Source: Selaginella moellendorffii (Eukaryota; Plantae; Lycopodiophyta). From it: 64,000 bases of DNA. A program made the position numbers and the translations under genes. The notes below the pieces were generated by a model. That model was not told where the DNA came from, searched no databases, and saw only the letters and a list, made by a program, of their open reading frames with translations. Shown piece after piece: positions 37,531 to 51,604 of this stretch. Location of the stretch: positions 1,394,676 through 1,458,675 of the forward strand of contig NW_003314303.1 of NCBI RefSeq assembly GCF_000143415.4. The letters run 5' to 3'. Position 1 is the first letter of the stretch. Each line of letters starts with the position of its first letter.

Positions 37531-38279
37531 ATGGCTTCTCAAGGTACGTCGTCTCCAAAGATCCATGTCCTCGGATTTCCCGTCCCAGGCCAGGGACACA
37601 TCACTCCGATGATGCATGTCTGCAAGAAGATCGCCGCTCGAGATGGATTCATCGTCTCGTTCGTCAATGTCGAGAGCCTCCACGACGAGATAATCAAGCA
37701 CTGGAGAGCTCCATCCAATACGGACCTCCGCCTCGTCTCAATCCCACTCTCCTGGAAGATCCCACACGGCCTGGATGCTTACACTCTCACTCACTCGGGT
37801 GAGTTCTTCAAGGCCACCACCGAGATGATCCCAGCTCTCGAGCACCTCGTCTCCAATCTCTCTCTCGAGATCTCGCCGTTCCGCTGCATCATCTCGGACT
37901 ACTTCTTCTTCTGGACCCAGGACGTTGCTGATAAGTTTGGGATTCCAAGGATTGTTCTGTGGCCTGGATCCGCTGCCTGGACCACGATTGAGTAGGAGTG
38001 CCTCTCCTGTGTTGGCCTTGGGGAGTTGAGCAAAACACCAACGCAAAGCTGGTTATACACGACTGGAAGATTGGAGCTGGATTTGCAAGAGGGGCGAATG
38101 GACTGATCGGCAGAGGCGACATCGAAAAGACGCTGCGGGAGGTGATGGATGGGGAAAGAGGGAAGCAGATGAAAGACACTGTTGAGGTGCTGAAGTGCAA
38201 GGCAAGGAAAGCTGTGGAGAGTGGTGGTCGATCCGCTGCGAGCTTGGATGGATTTCTTAAAGGCCTCAGCAGTCAGTGA
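37531..38279 (+). pseudogene. UGT copy 2 with ~760-bp internal deletion
   Basis: The junction attgagta|ggagtg at ~37994 removes about 22855-23613, including most of the PSPG box, and creates a TAG. Confidence 0.88.
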
Positions 38280-38321
38280 TGCGATTATAAGTTATCACTG
38301 CAAGTGCTAGCATGAGATGGC

Positions 38322-39087
38322 TGAAGAGAAGAAGAGCAGAAGCTACGATGGTGGATGACTCCAAAGGATAATTGTATATAATATCATAGATATATATACA
38401 TGATGAAGAGCCTACACCTGGATCAGTGAAGTGGCACTCCTGCCACCTAGGATCATGTCATAGAGAGTATATACTCAACACTCCTTCTCGATCTCAATGA
38501 CATGAATCTGAAATCACTCTCCCTCTGCATCCAAGCACTCTGTTGTATCCACAACAGAAATCTGTCTCTGCTCAGTGCCTCCTCTCAGCGCCTCTGCCAG
38601 TGCCTCTGAGCCAGTCTCTGCTCGATCAGCCCTCGGTGCCTCGTGCCTCTATGCCCGGCACTCACCTCTGGTGAGTCTTTGCGGGGTCTCGCACGCCCTA
38701 GCACCTCGTTCACGGCCTCTGATCGCAGTCTCTCCTCTCTCAGCGCCTCTGCCAGCGCCTGTCTGCTCGTGCCTTGCACCACTCTCTCATGGTCGCTCTC
38801 TCACACCAGCACCTCACTCAGCGCTCAGGTGCCTCAAGCCAGCCCTCATCGTCTCAGCCTCAATCAAGCCTCCTCAGCCAGAGTCCTTACGGCTCTCTCC
38901 CTCTGCTATGGAGCCCTCTCACAACCCAGCACTTGGTATCGCCTCTGCCTGCTTGCCAAAGGATAGTCGTATATAATATCAAAGATATATATACATAATG
39001 AAGAGACACGCCTCTAGCCTACACCTGGATCAGTGAAGTGGCACTCCTGCCACCTAGGATCATGTCATAGAGAGCATATACTCAACA
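38322..39087 (-). mobile_element. Small, internally deleted LTR element with 5-bp TSD
   Basis: TSD ATGGC at 38317-38321 and 39088-39092; empty site at ~23936. Direct repeats at 38322-38480 and ~38955-39087 end in ctcaaca; the interior is low-complexity. Orientation inferred from a PPT-like tract beside the left repeat. Confidence 0.8.
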
Positions 39088-39354
39088 ATGGCAAATATGT
39101 GAAAAACTTACGTGCCACGAATTTACAAAACATGAAGCGATAAAATATTCGTCTACCTTGCAACGCCTTTGTTGACTGGAAAAAACAGGACCGAAATCCA
39201 CCGTTGAATGGCGCTGATCTCTTTCTCACCACATGTAAATGCCGTGATCGATCGATAGATGCGCGCCGTGTTTGATCAGGCCACGACGCGGCGTGCGCTA
39301 GAGCAGGATTCTTAGTGAAGGCTGAAAAGGAGCAGCAGGAATAGTGCCACTGCT

Positions 39355-40925
39355 TATGACGATTACACTGCCTCTGGCCCCATCAAGCACGTCATGCCGT
39401 CCTATGGTGAGTAAAGCCGTGAATTCTCTTCTGCATATCCTGGAATTCTGTTTCAGGGAACACGCATGCCGAGGACAGCTACCGGATGGCAAAACTGGCC
39501 ACGAGTTATGTGAAGGAGTCCCTCGGAGAAACCGAGATGGTGCTCTCTTCTTTTGCGACTCTGGAACCACTGGAGCTGTGAAAAAGCTCCACGAACTTGT
39601 CCAGCCGTCGCAGCAATCGATGACAGGAAGAAATGATGGTGGAATTGGCTTAAGGAGTCTTATATTGCAGACAAAAAACTGTTAATGTCCATTAGAGTTT
39701 AAGGAGATGGCTGGTGTTCATAACGAGCATCACTCCAACATTCTTCCCCAAGGTTTCTTTCAATCTGTCAACTGTTTAAACCAATAGGTTATTCTGACTC
39801 ATGATGGATTGATTGACATGAAGTACCTGCTGCAAAATCCCAAGCACGCACATCGTCCAAAGCTAACGGGAGTTTTAGGACACCAGCCATTGCTCGCCTT
39901 CTACACAAACACGGAGCATTAGCATGCTTTGATTTCGCAAGCTGGTAAGACGAGATCAGAACGAAAAGAAGCTTACTTGTTGAACTTGATCAACAAGGAT
40001 CCATTAAGATCAACATGCGACTGATGGATACGATGCTGTGGTGTTGAGTCCACACAAGTATGTCGGAGGGCCCGGAACGCCGGGCCTGCTTTGCATAAAC
40101 AAAAAGCTCTACAAGCTCAAGGATCACGCACCGTCGACAACAGGTAAGGAGTGGTAACAACAAAGAGGTCAGTTCCCTTTCCAGCGAAAGAAAAATAGAA
40201 AATCAACACTAAACAAACTCATACCAGCACTCTACCTCGAGGACCTCGAAAGCCGAGAAGACGCTGAAACAACACCTTCCATACTCCAGCGGATAAAAAT
40301 CGGGATGGTCTCCACTGTCCAAGAAGAAATGGGATACCGTCTCATCGAGTCTAGAGAGCACAGCTTAATCACCACCGCGTTGAAAAGGTCGGAAAACAAA
40401 AAGATAGTGCTCGGGAGCACGCAAGTGAAACGAGCAGCGATCGTCTCGTTCCTCGTCCGGACCACTGATTCCAAAGATGAACTCCAGCTGCAAGCCCGGT
40501 TTGTAGCAAAGCTCCTCAACAATTTGTTTGGGAGGAGGTTGGTCATGTGCCGGTCCCTACAGCTACTCGCTTCTCAAAGTCAGTGATGATCTATCCCTGA
40601 AATTTCGAGCAGCGATCCAAGAGGTGAGAACTAAAACAAGCTTTCTAAAGAGCTTTTCTAACGAGGAAAGAACTTCTTTGTCTCACAGGAATATAGCGGT
40701 GTCAAACCTGGATGGACGCGCTTGAACTTCGCATACTTCCTCTCCAAGAAAGAGTTCCATTTCTTGCTGTGCACCATAGAATAGAATTCGTTGCGGACTA
40801 TGGCCAGCGCTTTCTCCCCCTCTATGAATTCGACCGGACACGGGAATGGGCCAAAATCCCACTTCTCCAGGAGTACAAGGAATACCTGGGCACCGCCACG
40901 GCGATTGCAAAGCAGCTCAGGCCAG
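39355..40925 (+). pseudogene. Class-V PLP gene, full-span but deletion-riddled copy
   Basis: Collinear with the reverse complement of 15200-17005, including introns; multiple frameshifts. Confidence 0.85.
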
Positions 40926-41099
40926 GAGGGGCTCTATATTCGTTTCGCAACCACCGTCTCTTCTCAATCCCACTCTCCTGAAAGATCCTTGGGTGAGTTT
41001 TACAAGACCACCACCGGGATGATCTGGAAATGGCTCTACCTTTTGGTAGCTTCAATTTAAAAAAATGAAGGACCGAATTTTATAATATTACCAAAAAGT

Positions 41100-41640
41100 T
41101 GCGCCAAGTCCGCTGTGAACAGTCCCAAAGCTCTCCAGCAGTATATGCCCCTCATAGTCAACAACATGAAAGCGTGCCTTGAGAGGTGGTCCGCTCAGGA
41201 TACAATCATTCTTCTTACCAAGATGAGAAGATACATTTTCTTCGATATGACACTTCACGTTTCTAACTATCGGCCACATTTTATATGGGAAAGACTCCAG
41301 CCCCGATGTGGATGATACTTTCCTCCTTGTACTACATTCTGAACCAAGACATTCGTGCTCTGCCCATCAACTTCCCCGGCACTGCCTACAACAAAGCCTT
41401 GAAGGTAAAAAGCCATAAGCGTTGTCCTACACAGCTTTGTGATGTTTTCCCATTCTCAGGTGTGGCGAAAGCTCATCAAGCTTATCCAGGACATGATCAA
41501 CCAGCGAAGAGCTTTGGGGACGCTGCAAGGAACAAACATTCTTTCATTGCTCATGAATCAGCTGGATGACAAGGGAGAGGCACTGGAAGACGCTCAAATC
41601 ATCGACGTACTCAACATGTACGTGAACGCTGCATGTCCAC
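41100..41640 (+). pseudogene. CYP88-like P450 fragment, copy 2 (preceded by a UGT sliver at 40950-41030)
   Basis: NSPKALQQYMP, ALPINFPGTAYNKALK and LEDAQIIDVLNMYVNA; inverted paralogue of 25670-26200. Confidence 0.75.
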
Positions 41641-43029
41641 ACCACCACCGAATCAGTCAATGAAGTGCTACCAGTTGGGCCAGATTTAACAATGGGGGAT
41701 TTGCTGTCATGCAAAGGAAGATTACTTGGAAAGCTTGAAAGTTTCAAGAGAGCAACTACTTGGGGGTAAGCCTTTGTCAAATGGCACCTGCCCTTGCTCT
41801 TATAGAATACGCACCACTTGAAATGTACGAGGAAGAGAATTTTGCCAAACGCTTTGCCTGAACACGTATCTCTGCATCCTGCAAATAGCCGGCAGTCCTC
41901 ACGTCCACAACCACGCTCTCTGATAGACTCAAAACTTCAGTAGCCAATATCGTGTACAGCCGCCACTCCTGACGACAAGCCATCCGAGCACGTAGTGGAT
42001 TCCAGGGTGTATGTTAGGATTTTTGCTTGCTGGAGCTAGCTGGCTCCCTCAGATAGGCGCTGGAGATCATGGGAGATGGGTTGACGGGCCTCTTTGGGCC
42101 TTCCGGCAGAGATCCAGACAGTTCTCGAGCGGCTGGCCGGAGAGGAGATTGAAAAAACAACGTTCTGGTGCTTACTGTCTGATATGCACAACAAAATAAC
42201 AAAGGGACAGGTGAATAAGAAGTGCCCTCATCTTGCAAAATTTATGTGGAAGAACTCATTCCAGACCGGGCTCTTTGGAATCATGAATCAGAGTTCTTTG
42301 CCTAAAAAAAGTACAAGGCAAGACAAGTGGAACATAAAACCTAATGTTATTTATAGTTCATTTAGTTTCCATCCAATTATAAAAGTTTATATTGTCTTGT
42401 TATGGCTCTTATTCACAATGTGCATCTATCAAATATTAAAGACAAAATATATTCTATTGTAACAACTCTTAAAACAAAAGCTCAAAGGAAGATCCCTCCC
42501 TTTTGCATGACAAGTATGTGAATGGGATCCTAAAGCACACAAAAGCAACTGTTAGAGTTTCACAATTAAGAGTGCTCTATTGCATGCCTGACCAAATACT
42601 ACAATAGCAAGCGTGGTGGCCATTTCCTCCCAATCACGGGCCTTTGTAACTTCCAAGCAGAAAAATAGCCTGCCAAAGTCTAGATATGCAAGGTCAAGTC
42701 CTAGAGGAGGTCTCATGCTTCTTGACGAGACTTTGTAAACAGTTGAATGAAGTTGCACCACTCTCAAAAGCCAAAGTCCTAGAGCTAGCACAATCTGCAA
42801 TAGATGCCCATCGTGGAGAGGCAAAAACTTCTTTGCCTTGCCAAACATACTAAGCAACCTTTCTTTTCAAACTATCACAGGGGTTTTAATTTTGAAGGCA
42901 CGCAATTCAGGCAACCTTCCTTTTCAAACTATCACAGGGGTTTAATTTTGAAGGCCCGATTTACCACAAACCCTAAAATACTATAACCCAAAATGCATCA
43001 ATTCAGACAAAAGTTTGAGCGGGAAAAAG

Positions 43030-44621
43030 TCAAGACCTCCTGGGGCATGGGATTGCCTGGAGAGGGACGAGCTTTGGCATGGCGAGCCCAAATTTCTCCC
43101 TCATATCGATCTCTCCCACTTTCTCCCAATCGAATCCTTGCAGCAGCCTCGCCAGCACGCACTGCACCATCCGGAGTCCCATCCCCATCCCTGGGCAGAT
43201 CCTCCGCCCGGATCCAAACGGGATGAGCTCGAAATTCTGGCCCCTCACATCCACGCCCTTCTTCGCGCCCTCCTCGAATCGCTCCGGCCAGAAATCCAGC
43301 GCCCTCTCCCACGAATTGGCATCCCGGGAGATCGCGTAGACATTGACGAGCAGCCGAGCGCCCTGTGCGATCCGGTAACCGGCGCTCGACACACAGGGCA
43401 TGGTGGATTCGTAGAGGATCACTGGCGATGGCGGATGCAATCGCAGCGTCTCCTTGACGATGGCGTGCAGGAAATTCAGCCCCGGGAGATCGCTCTCCTC
43501 CACAACCCTGTCGCGCCCCACCACGGCGTCGATCTCGCGCTGCGCTCGGCGCATTGCGGTGGGGTGCCGGAGGAGCTCCGCCATCGCCCACTCGCAGGTG
43601 ACCCACGCGGTGTCGCTCCCGGCCCCGATCACATCCTGGGCAGAAAGAGCTAAGAACCCTAAAATCCCCGAGAATTAGGGTTCTTGAGAAATACCTGGAT
43701 GACGGCTTTAATGGTATCGTCGGTCAGCGCGTTCTTCTCCTGCGATGCGAGGAGAACGTCCAGGAGATCATCCACGCCGCCGGCGCCGGCGCCGCCACGC
43801 CCTTGATACTGCCGCTTTCTGTCGATCAGCGACTGAAAGAACGCATCCTGTAGCGCGTGGAGCTTCCGGGCGCGGCGGCCATAGCCCTGGAGATCCATCC
43901 ACCGCAAAGAGGGCAAGTAATCGCCCACATTGAGCGCGCCAATCATCTCCACCGCGTGCTCGATCGTCTCCTTGACGCGCCGCTCGAACCGCGAGAGCTG
44001 CTTCTTCTTCCCGCCGAATTCCTGGCTGGTGGCCATGCGCAGGATGCTGTAGAGCGTGATGTCGGACAGAACCGCGCGGAGATCCACGACGCTGGACGCT
44101 CTCGCCGCCTCCTCCACCGTCGCAAGCGCCGAGGAGATCTCCTCCTTGCGCAGGCGCTCGAAGGAATCCACTCTCTTGCCACTGAAGAGCTCGAGGCTAC
44201 AAACCTTGCGGAGATGGCGCCAGTGATCACCGTAAGGCGCCCACATGATATCCGCGAAGTTGTACGTGAGCTCGCGCGCCACTGCGTACCTGGGCCGCGA
44301 TGCAAACACGAGATCGTGAGTGTGGAGGAATTCCCTCGCCGCCTCGGCGCTCGAGGCCACGAAAGTTGGAACGCAGCCCAGGCGCAAGAACATGAGAGGG
44401 CCGTGGCGCTTGGAGAGATCCAAGAGCGCTTGGTGTGGAGGGCGCCCCAGGAGCTGGTGGAGGTTTCCAATCACTGGCAGTGGCCGCGGGCCGGGCGGCA
44501 TGTGATCTTGCTGGTGGCGATCATCACGGAAGAAGAGCTTTCCCAGAGTTTTCTTCCAGATCGCGACGAGGAGACTCCAGAGAAGGGAGAGCGCTGCGGT
44601 GGAGGAGGCTTGCGCGGCCAT
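43030..44621 (-). CDS. Cytochrome P450, CYP71 clan (A-type), intact, ~510 aa, one phase-0 intron (43636-43694)
   Basis: Membrane anchor, PPGPRPLPVIGNLHQL, WRHLRK, AGSDT (I-helix), KETLR, PERF and PFGSGRRICPG. The single intron sits just before the I-helix, as is typical of this clan. Confidence 0.93.
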
Positions 44622-44624
44622 GCA

Positions 44625-44865
44625 AATGGATTGAAAGCTCGGAGGAAAGAAGAAGATAGCCTCGATCGAACAGGGGAGAGAGCGCGATACCAGGATGGCG
44701 ATCAAACTTACTGAAACGTTTGACAGCCCTCTCTGAATGGATTGAAAGCTCAGAAGATATCGATTCACAGGGGATAGAGCGCGCCCAGATTTTTACCAGG
44801 ATCAAATCAAGCACAGGGAAAAAGATCAAACTTACTAGAGAAACGTTTTGACAGCCCTCTCTCAC
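44625..44865. repeat. Imperfect ~115-125-bp tandem duplication immediately upstream of the CYP
   Basis: atggattgaaagctc and gatcaaacttact..aaacgtttgacagccctctct each occur twice. Confidence 0.7.
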
Positions 44866-45043
44866 GCTCTTCCTGGAAGAGCTCTAGAACGTTTGAGAGC
44901 TCTCAAACCATATCAAGTACTCCCAAGACATGACACGCTTGAAGGGAATGGACGACAGATCTAGCATCGTATGTCAAAGAAACAAAAGAAGAGCGTAAGA
45001 ACAATGTGTCACTGTGTGTGTATTTAACCACGGGGAAGCTTTA

Positions 45044-46124
<1,081 letters not shown>

Positions 46125-47438
46125 GGCGCAAACTCTAGAAGGATGCTGAGCTACGTGCGAAGAAAATGCCTGTGTGGATAGATGGGAAGAGCTGCGGCCG
46201 AGAGATTTATAGCAGCGGCTTCTCCTTCCAAGATACCCTAGACGATCAAAAGTAGCTCCTTCCTTGAGCCCTAGGACCAGTAACTTTGACAAGGGTAGGG
46301 CTAAAGCCATACTTTTCTTTTCGCCCACACGAACTTTACTTCTGAATGAATGCAGACCTTTTTCATTATAAGGTTTTTTATAATGACAGGTTAAAGTACA
46401 TTAATTTATGATGGCAGTTTTTGGGGTTAGCCACAACAAAACATTATACAAACATGTAAAATGTATGGAAAAACATTTATGTGTATAGCAAATACTTTGT
46501 GATAGTAATTTTAGGGGGAGGTATGCCTCCTAAAGGAAGGCATACCTTGGGTGGTGGCTTGGCAAAAATTGTGCAAACTTGCAAAATATATATAAAAAAA
46601 AGACAAGTGTGCTTAAATTATTGTAATACATATTTGTGAAATAATATTTTATACACAACTTTTATTTTATGCATGGGCATGCATTGGTGCATGATACATA
46701 TGCATGCAAAATCCACTTTAGACGAATGCAATTTTTTGTGTTGCATAAATTTCAACTCCACATTAATAAAGTTTAGACTTTGTGTTTAATGTTTTTTAAT
46801 GCATGAACTAAATTTTGAATGTTTTATGGATTGAACTTGCCATTGCTGTGTATTTAAAACACTCTTTACGATAAGTGTAAAGGAAAGCACTTTGTGAGTG
46901 AGTGGTTATATGCAACAAATGAAATTTTGGCATAGGTGAGCATTAAATATAGAATAAAGAATCTTGCCTCCTTGTTTGGAGTAGCTTGATGTACCTTGCA
47001 TTAGTATCTCAAAATAATAGGTTGACGAGTGTATCCCCTCAAGAGTGTTATTGCAATTAAAACACTTTTGGAAGTGCTTCTCCCCCACTACAAGAATTTG
47101 ATAAGGTGGGGGATTATATATGTTAATAGCAAACTAAGAGATATAGTATATAGAGTGAGCCAAGAAGTGATAAAAGCTACATTAGGTCATGTTTGTCTAG
47201 AGCAAATTTTATGAAGGAGATTAGAATCAATTTCTTATGTATGTTTCTATATGGAGTCATCTATGGAACTCTAATGTATTGACAATAAGTTTCTCTTGCC
47301 ACATTGAATTCATGGTTTTATCGCAAACAACATATTACAAGCTAAAGTCTTGGAATCATTATTGCTAGTAAGTGTTTAAAAGTGTCTAAATAATACTGCA
47401 TTAGTTTATGTGTTTATTAATGTAGGGAGCTGCTATAT

Positions 47439-47630
47439 TGTAAACTCTTAAACTTGGACTTTTCGAAAGGTCATTCAACCCAATATTATTCAAATAAAGA
47501 TGCTTAACCCCAAGAATCCCAAGACCCTTAATCAATTGATAAAAAAGGTGCACTCTTATTTATGGGCTCTTTCCCTTTATATTTGAATTTTATAGATCAT
47601 TTTTAAAATTGTTCTCTTTAGTTATTTACA
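47439..47630 (-). mobile_element. Cassandra-like solo LTR
   Basis: tgtaaa...tttaca termini with perfect TSD TATAT (47434-47438 and 47631-47635); degenerate 5S-like core. Confidence 0.8.
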
Positions 47631-47924
47631 TATATCACAGGCATGTTTGTGTTAAAGAACGCTACTGTAAGGTAGCTTTACAATTTAGTTGGCCCAAATG
47701 CATGCAGGGCAATTAAACAAGGAATGCAATGGAATAAAGATGGATATGATGAGTGCATGGGAAGGCCATAATATAGTATTTTTGAATGGTTCTTCAATAC
47801 ACAATTAGGTGAAAACTAATATGATATCCATGCCACTCTCATAATGAGGCATGGATATCACTTTACACATATCTCAACAAGATTATTTTAACCAAAAGAC
47901 CAAAGGGTAAGGTGGTGACAAGGT

Positions 47925-48060
47925 TTTATTTTACAAATTCTAACACGTGTTTAATGTAATATAGTCACACTTTTGACAAATAACAATGTATTTATTTTAC
48001 AAATTCTAACACGTGTTTAATGTAATATAGTCACACTTTTGACAAATAACAATGTATTTA
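47925..48060. repeat. Exact ~65-bp tandem duplication (a third degenerate unit at ~48310-48360)
   Basis: tttattttacaaattctaacacgtgtttaatgtaatatagtcacacttttgacaaataacaatgta occurs twice. Confidence 0.85.
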
Positions 48061-51000
48061 TAGTTAGTATTTCAAAATGATAATTCTTACTATAGAGTGT
48101 CATTGTCTAATTGACATGAGGGATGACTGGCATGCTCATAGCTTGCTTGAGGCCCTTTATGCCAAATTTACACAATAGCTTCACAAACACATAAACATCT
48201 AAAATTTGCATGTAGTGCGCACTCTAAAAAACAAGGAATGGATATTGTCTTATATATGTTCTAATAAGACTATTTTAACCGAAAGGCCAAAGGGCAAGAT
48301 AGTGACAAGGTTTTATTTTACAACTTCTAATATACATTTGATGTAGTATAGCTACACCTTTAACCTCAAAAAGCATTATTGCACTAAAAAATAACAAAAG
48401 TGTACCAAAATTTAACTCTATCAATGCACTTGATGGTTTTATTTTTCCATGAGTTAATAAGCCTCCACAATCATATGTATGAAAGCAATGTGAAAGGCCT
48501 TGAGTTCAACCACAAAGTTATGTTACACCTTTTATTCATGCTAAAAGTTGGACATGCATCCCATAACACCCTTTCCATGCATCTGTATTTAGAGCATACT
48601 ATCATGTTCCTGGGATTGCTTATATAACAAAGAGAGGCATGTCAGATGTTGTTTAGGCCATAATATATCATATAAAGAAAATAATATTAGTTTTTTGTAT
48701 ATTATTATGTTTATCAAAATTGTTATCACATAAACTTTACAACTTATAAAATGTTTTTGCAAAAATCCCCACCTAGACTCTACCAAAAAAATATTTGCTC
48801 TATTTAATACTATGTTTTTTCCAAACCACTCTAACACTCATTATATAAACCACTTAACACTCATCAAAGAGAGGCAATTTTTCTATTAACATTTCTTAAT
48901 TTGTGCATAACTACTCTAGATCATGATAGTGGTCTTCAACCTCTAAACTCGAAGAGCAAGCTGCCACCTTGAAAAGGTGTGGCTCCACATCTATTGGTTG
49001 CAATGATTGTCCATACTCATAATAAAAGACTTGGATAGTAATTTGTTACCCAACACCAAGGAATTTCATCTCTGTTGCAAAGTGATAAAGCATGTGCAAC
49101 TTCAGGGTTATCATTAACATCACTACAGCCTTAAAGAAAACCCTCACCTCCATAGGGACCTCCTAGATGCAACCACACAACCACTTCTAATTGGTAAAAT
49201 GTCTGTCTCTACCATTGAATGTCTCCAATAAATGTTTCAAATATATATTTGACAAGTTTGGGATATTTCACATATCAGATTTTTGAATCAAATGCATTTG
49301 TAATATTTTATCAAAAGCATGAGAACCTATAAGTATAAAATTATTTATAGTTATGGGGACAATGAGATGATTCTATTGAGTTTTTGACCCTAAGATCCTT
49401 TCTTCAAGAATAGAAGGGATAGAAGAGAAGAATCTAAGTCTCTGTCAAGCATGAGTGCAATAGTGTGGATCCTCCAATGGCATCTCCACAACATGCTCCC
49501 ATCAAAAATAACATAGACAGAGGTGCTCTGTCCTAATCTTTAGCATGATTGTTAGCCAGAGCGTCTCTCATTGAGCAGCTCATCCAGCTCACCATGCTCT
49601 ATCACCAGGAAAATCACCACCTTTCCCATGAAAATTTTATCTACCACCTCCACTTGTACCTTGATTTTGTATTTGGTACTTGTTGGGGAGAGTCTGGAGC
49701 AGCAGAGCCATCCTTGGAGCCATCAGGAAGAGTGCTGCTCATCCATTGTCTTGATCTGCACCCAATAATCAAGATGTATGCTTGTGAATTGTAAATTTAA
49801 AAAATAAGATTAGAATTCATCTTAGCCATTTATAAATTTTATTCCTCAAAAGTAATATTCTGAGAATATTTTAAGCACTCCCAGTATTCTAACCTGCTTT
49901 GTAGTGCATGTTTTCCTAATAGAAGAAAGTATGCAAGTTGACAAAGCAATCAGTTTTGTTTCACTCACACAAAAAAATTTATGGTTTGCTGATAATTTTG
50001 CTAGATTGATTTTACCGGTGTTTTTCAAGACTGAAGGCCCAGTGTCACAAGTCCTAGTGGCATCCCATTTTCCCTTGTGCAGCATGCATGTTTGTAGACC
50101 CTAAGTCCTGATTAAGCTCCATAACTTGCTAGGCACCCACGAGGCTCATCCACATTCCAGATAGCTTAGAAAGCCAAAGTGAGCCACAGAAAAACTTTAT
50201 AACAAAACTTGCTGCTACTTGGATGGTAGAAGCATGGGAGTTGCTCCATTTTAAATTTGCCATATTCAAATCTGCTCCATTGTAAACTATGTTTCATATT
50301 TATACATTTACCACAAACAGTTGGATAATATATTATAAAGCAACATATTAGTGGATCTATATAATCCTGTGGTATGTGATAACATACCCCATAAATTTAT
50401 TATGGAATGCCTAATGTTTTGAACTTTATACTTATGAGTTTTGGAATGGTAAATATGTACAATGGTGACATCCTTGGACTAAGACCAAGTAGAAGTAGCA
50501 TGTAAAATATTTAAAACACAATAGTAAAATAAAATATTATGGAGGATTTAGATATCTTAAGGTTGAGATCAATCTCTAGAAAATCTGAGCACCACCAAGT
50601 TAGTTAAAATTGTTAATTATTAAAATTAAAGGATTCTAGTCATGATCTTGTTCACTATAATTGTCAAGAAGCTCATCACATAAAGTTTAACACACAAATC
50701 CAAAAGTGACAAATATCTATCATTAAGATTTGAGACTTAGGAAAAAATTAAAATAAAAGTGTGTTCTTTGATTGGTCCAAAATTTTATTGTACTTTGAAT
50801 TAATTATATTCAAACCCATGTAGTTCTTAAATAACTATGAACACTATGTATAGAGAATTCTCATAGTACTGAACTATATATAGTGTATTTGACAGTCAAA
50901 TACTATACATAGCATAAGTGTGTATGATCATATTATTTAAAACCACTATGTATATATATGTATGAAAAACACTTCTCGTACCTTAAAGGTTAGCCTGCAA

Positions 51001-51354
51001 GCTACCAATGCAAGATCAGCTACTCTTATGAAAATAATTTGATGTACTATGCAGCAACATTTGTTTTTCTTTTGATTTTTATGAATTTATAATAAAAATA
51101 ATTTTTAAAATAATATTTAAGAATAAAAATATAAAAATAATATTAAAAATAAATAATGTGTTGATTGAAAAACTTCAATAGTAACTACCACTTGGATTCA
51201 ACAACCTTGCATTTCCATTTCAGGATTTTCCATATAAGTAATAAGAAATCTGGCTCAAGAGACCATATTGTGCTTCTCCATTCTCTAAATTATCTTCTTG
51301 ACTTCCACATTAGGAGTAATGCCTCTTGCATCATGCTAGTGATGATTGAATGGG

Positions 51355-51604
51355 TGTAAGTAACTAAAAGGAACGACTCGAGAGACAATTCGTTGGGGTT
51401 CAAATATAAAGGGAAAGGGCCCATGAACAAGAGTGCACCCCCTTTTCCAATTGGTTAAAGATCTTAGGATACTTGGAATTAAACGTCCTTGGGTTTGAAT
51501 AATACTGAGTTGGGTGACCTTTTGGGAAGTCTAAACTTAGGTGGGATAGTTCCCTGCCTAGGATAGTAAATTGAGTTTGGGAAGTGCAAACTTAGGAGCT
51601 TACA
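51355..51604 (+). mobile_element. Cassandra-like solo LTR
   Basis: tgtaag...cttaca termini, TSD ATGGG (51350-51354 and 51605-51609), 5S-like core at ~51478-51530. Confidence 0.82.

Noticed and set aside
38575-38998. Ser/Ala/Pro-rich ORFs
   Set aside because: Low-complexity interior of a TSD-flanked LTR element.
43857-44714. Long plus-strand ORFs opposite the CYP (likewise 56744-57727 and 59797-60723 opposite the kinase)
   Set aside because: Antisense shadows of GC-rich coding sequence with no motifs.
48800-50300. Possible DNA-transposase remnant
   Set aside because: Looks decayed-coding but no catalytic motif could be recognised by eye.
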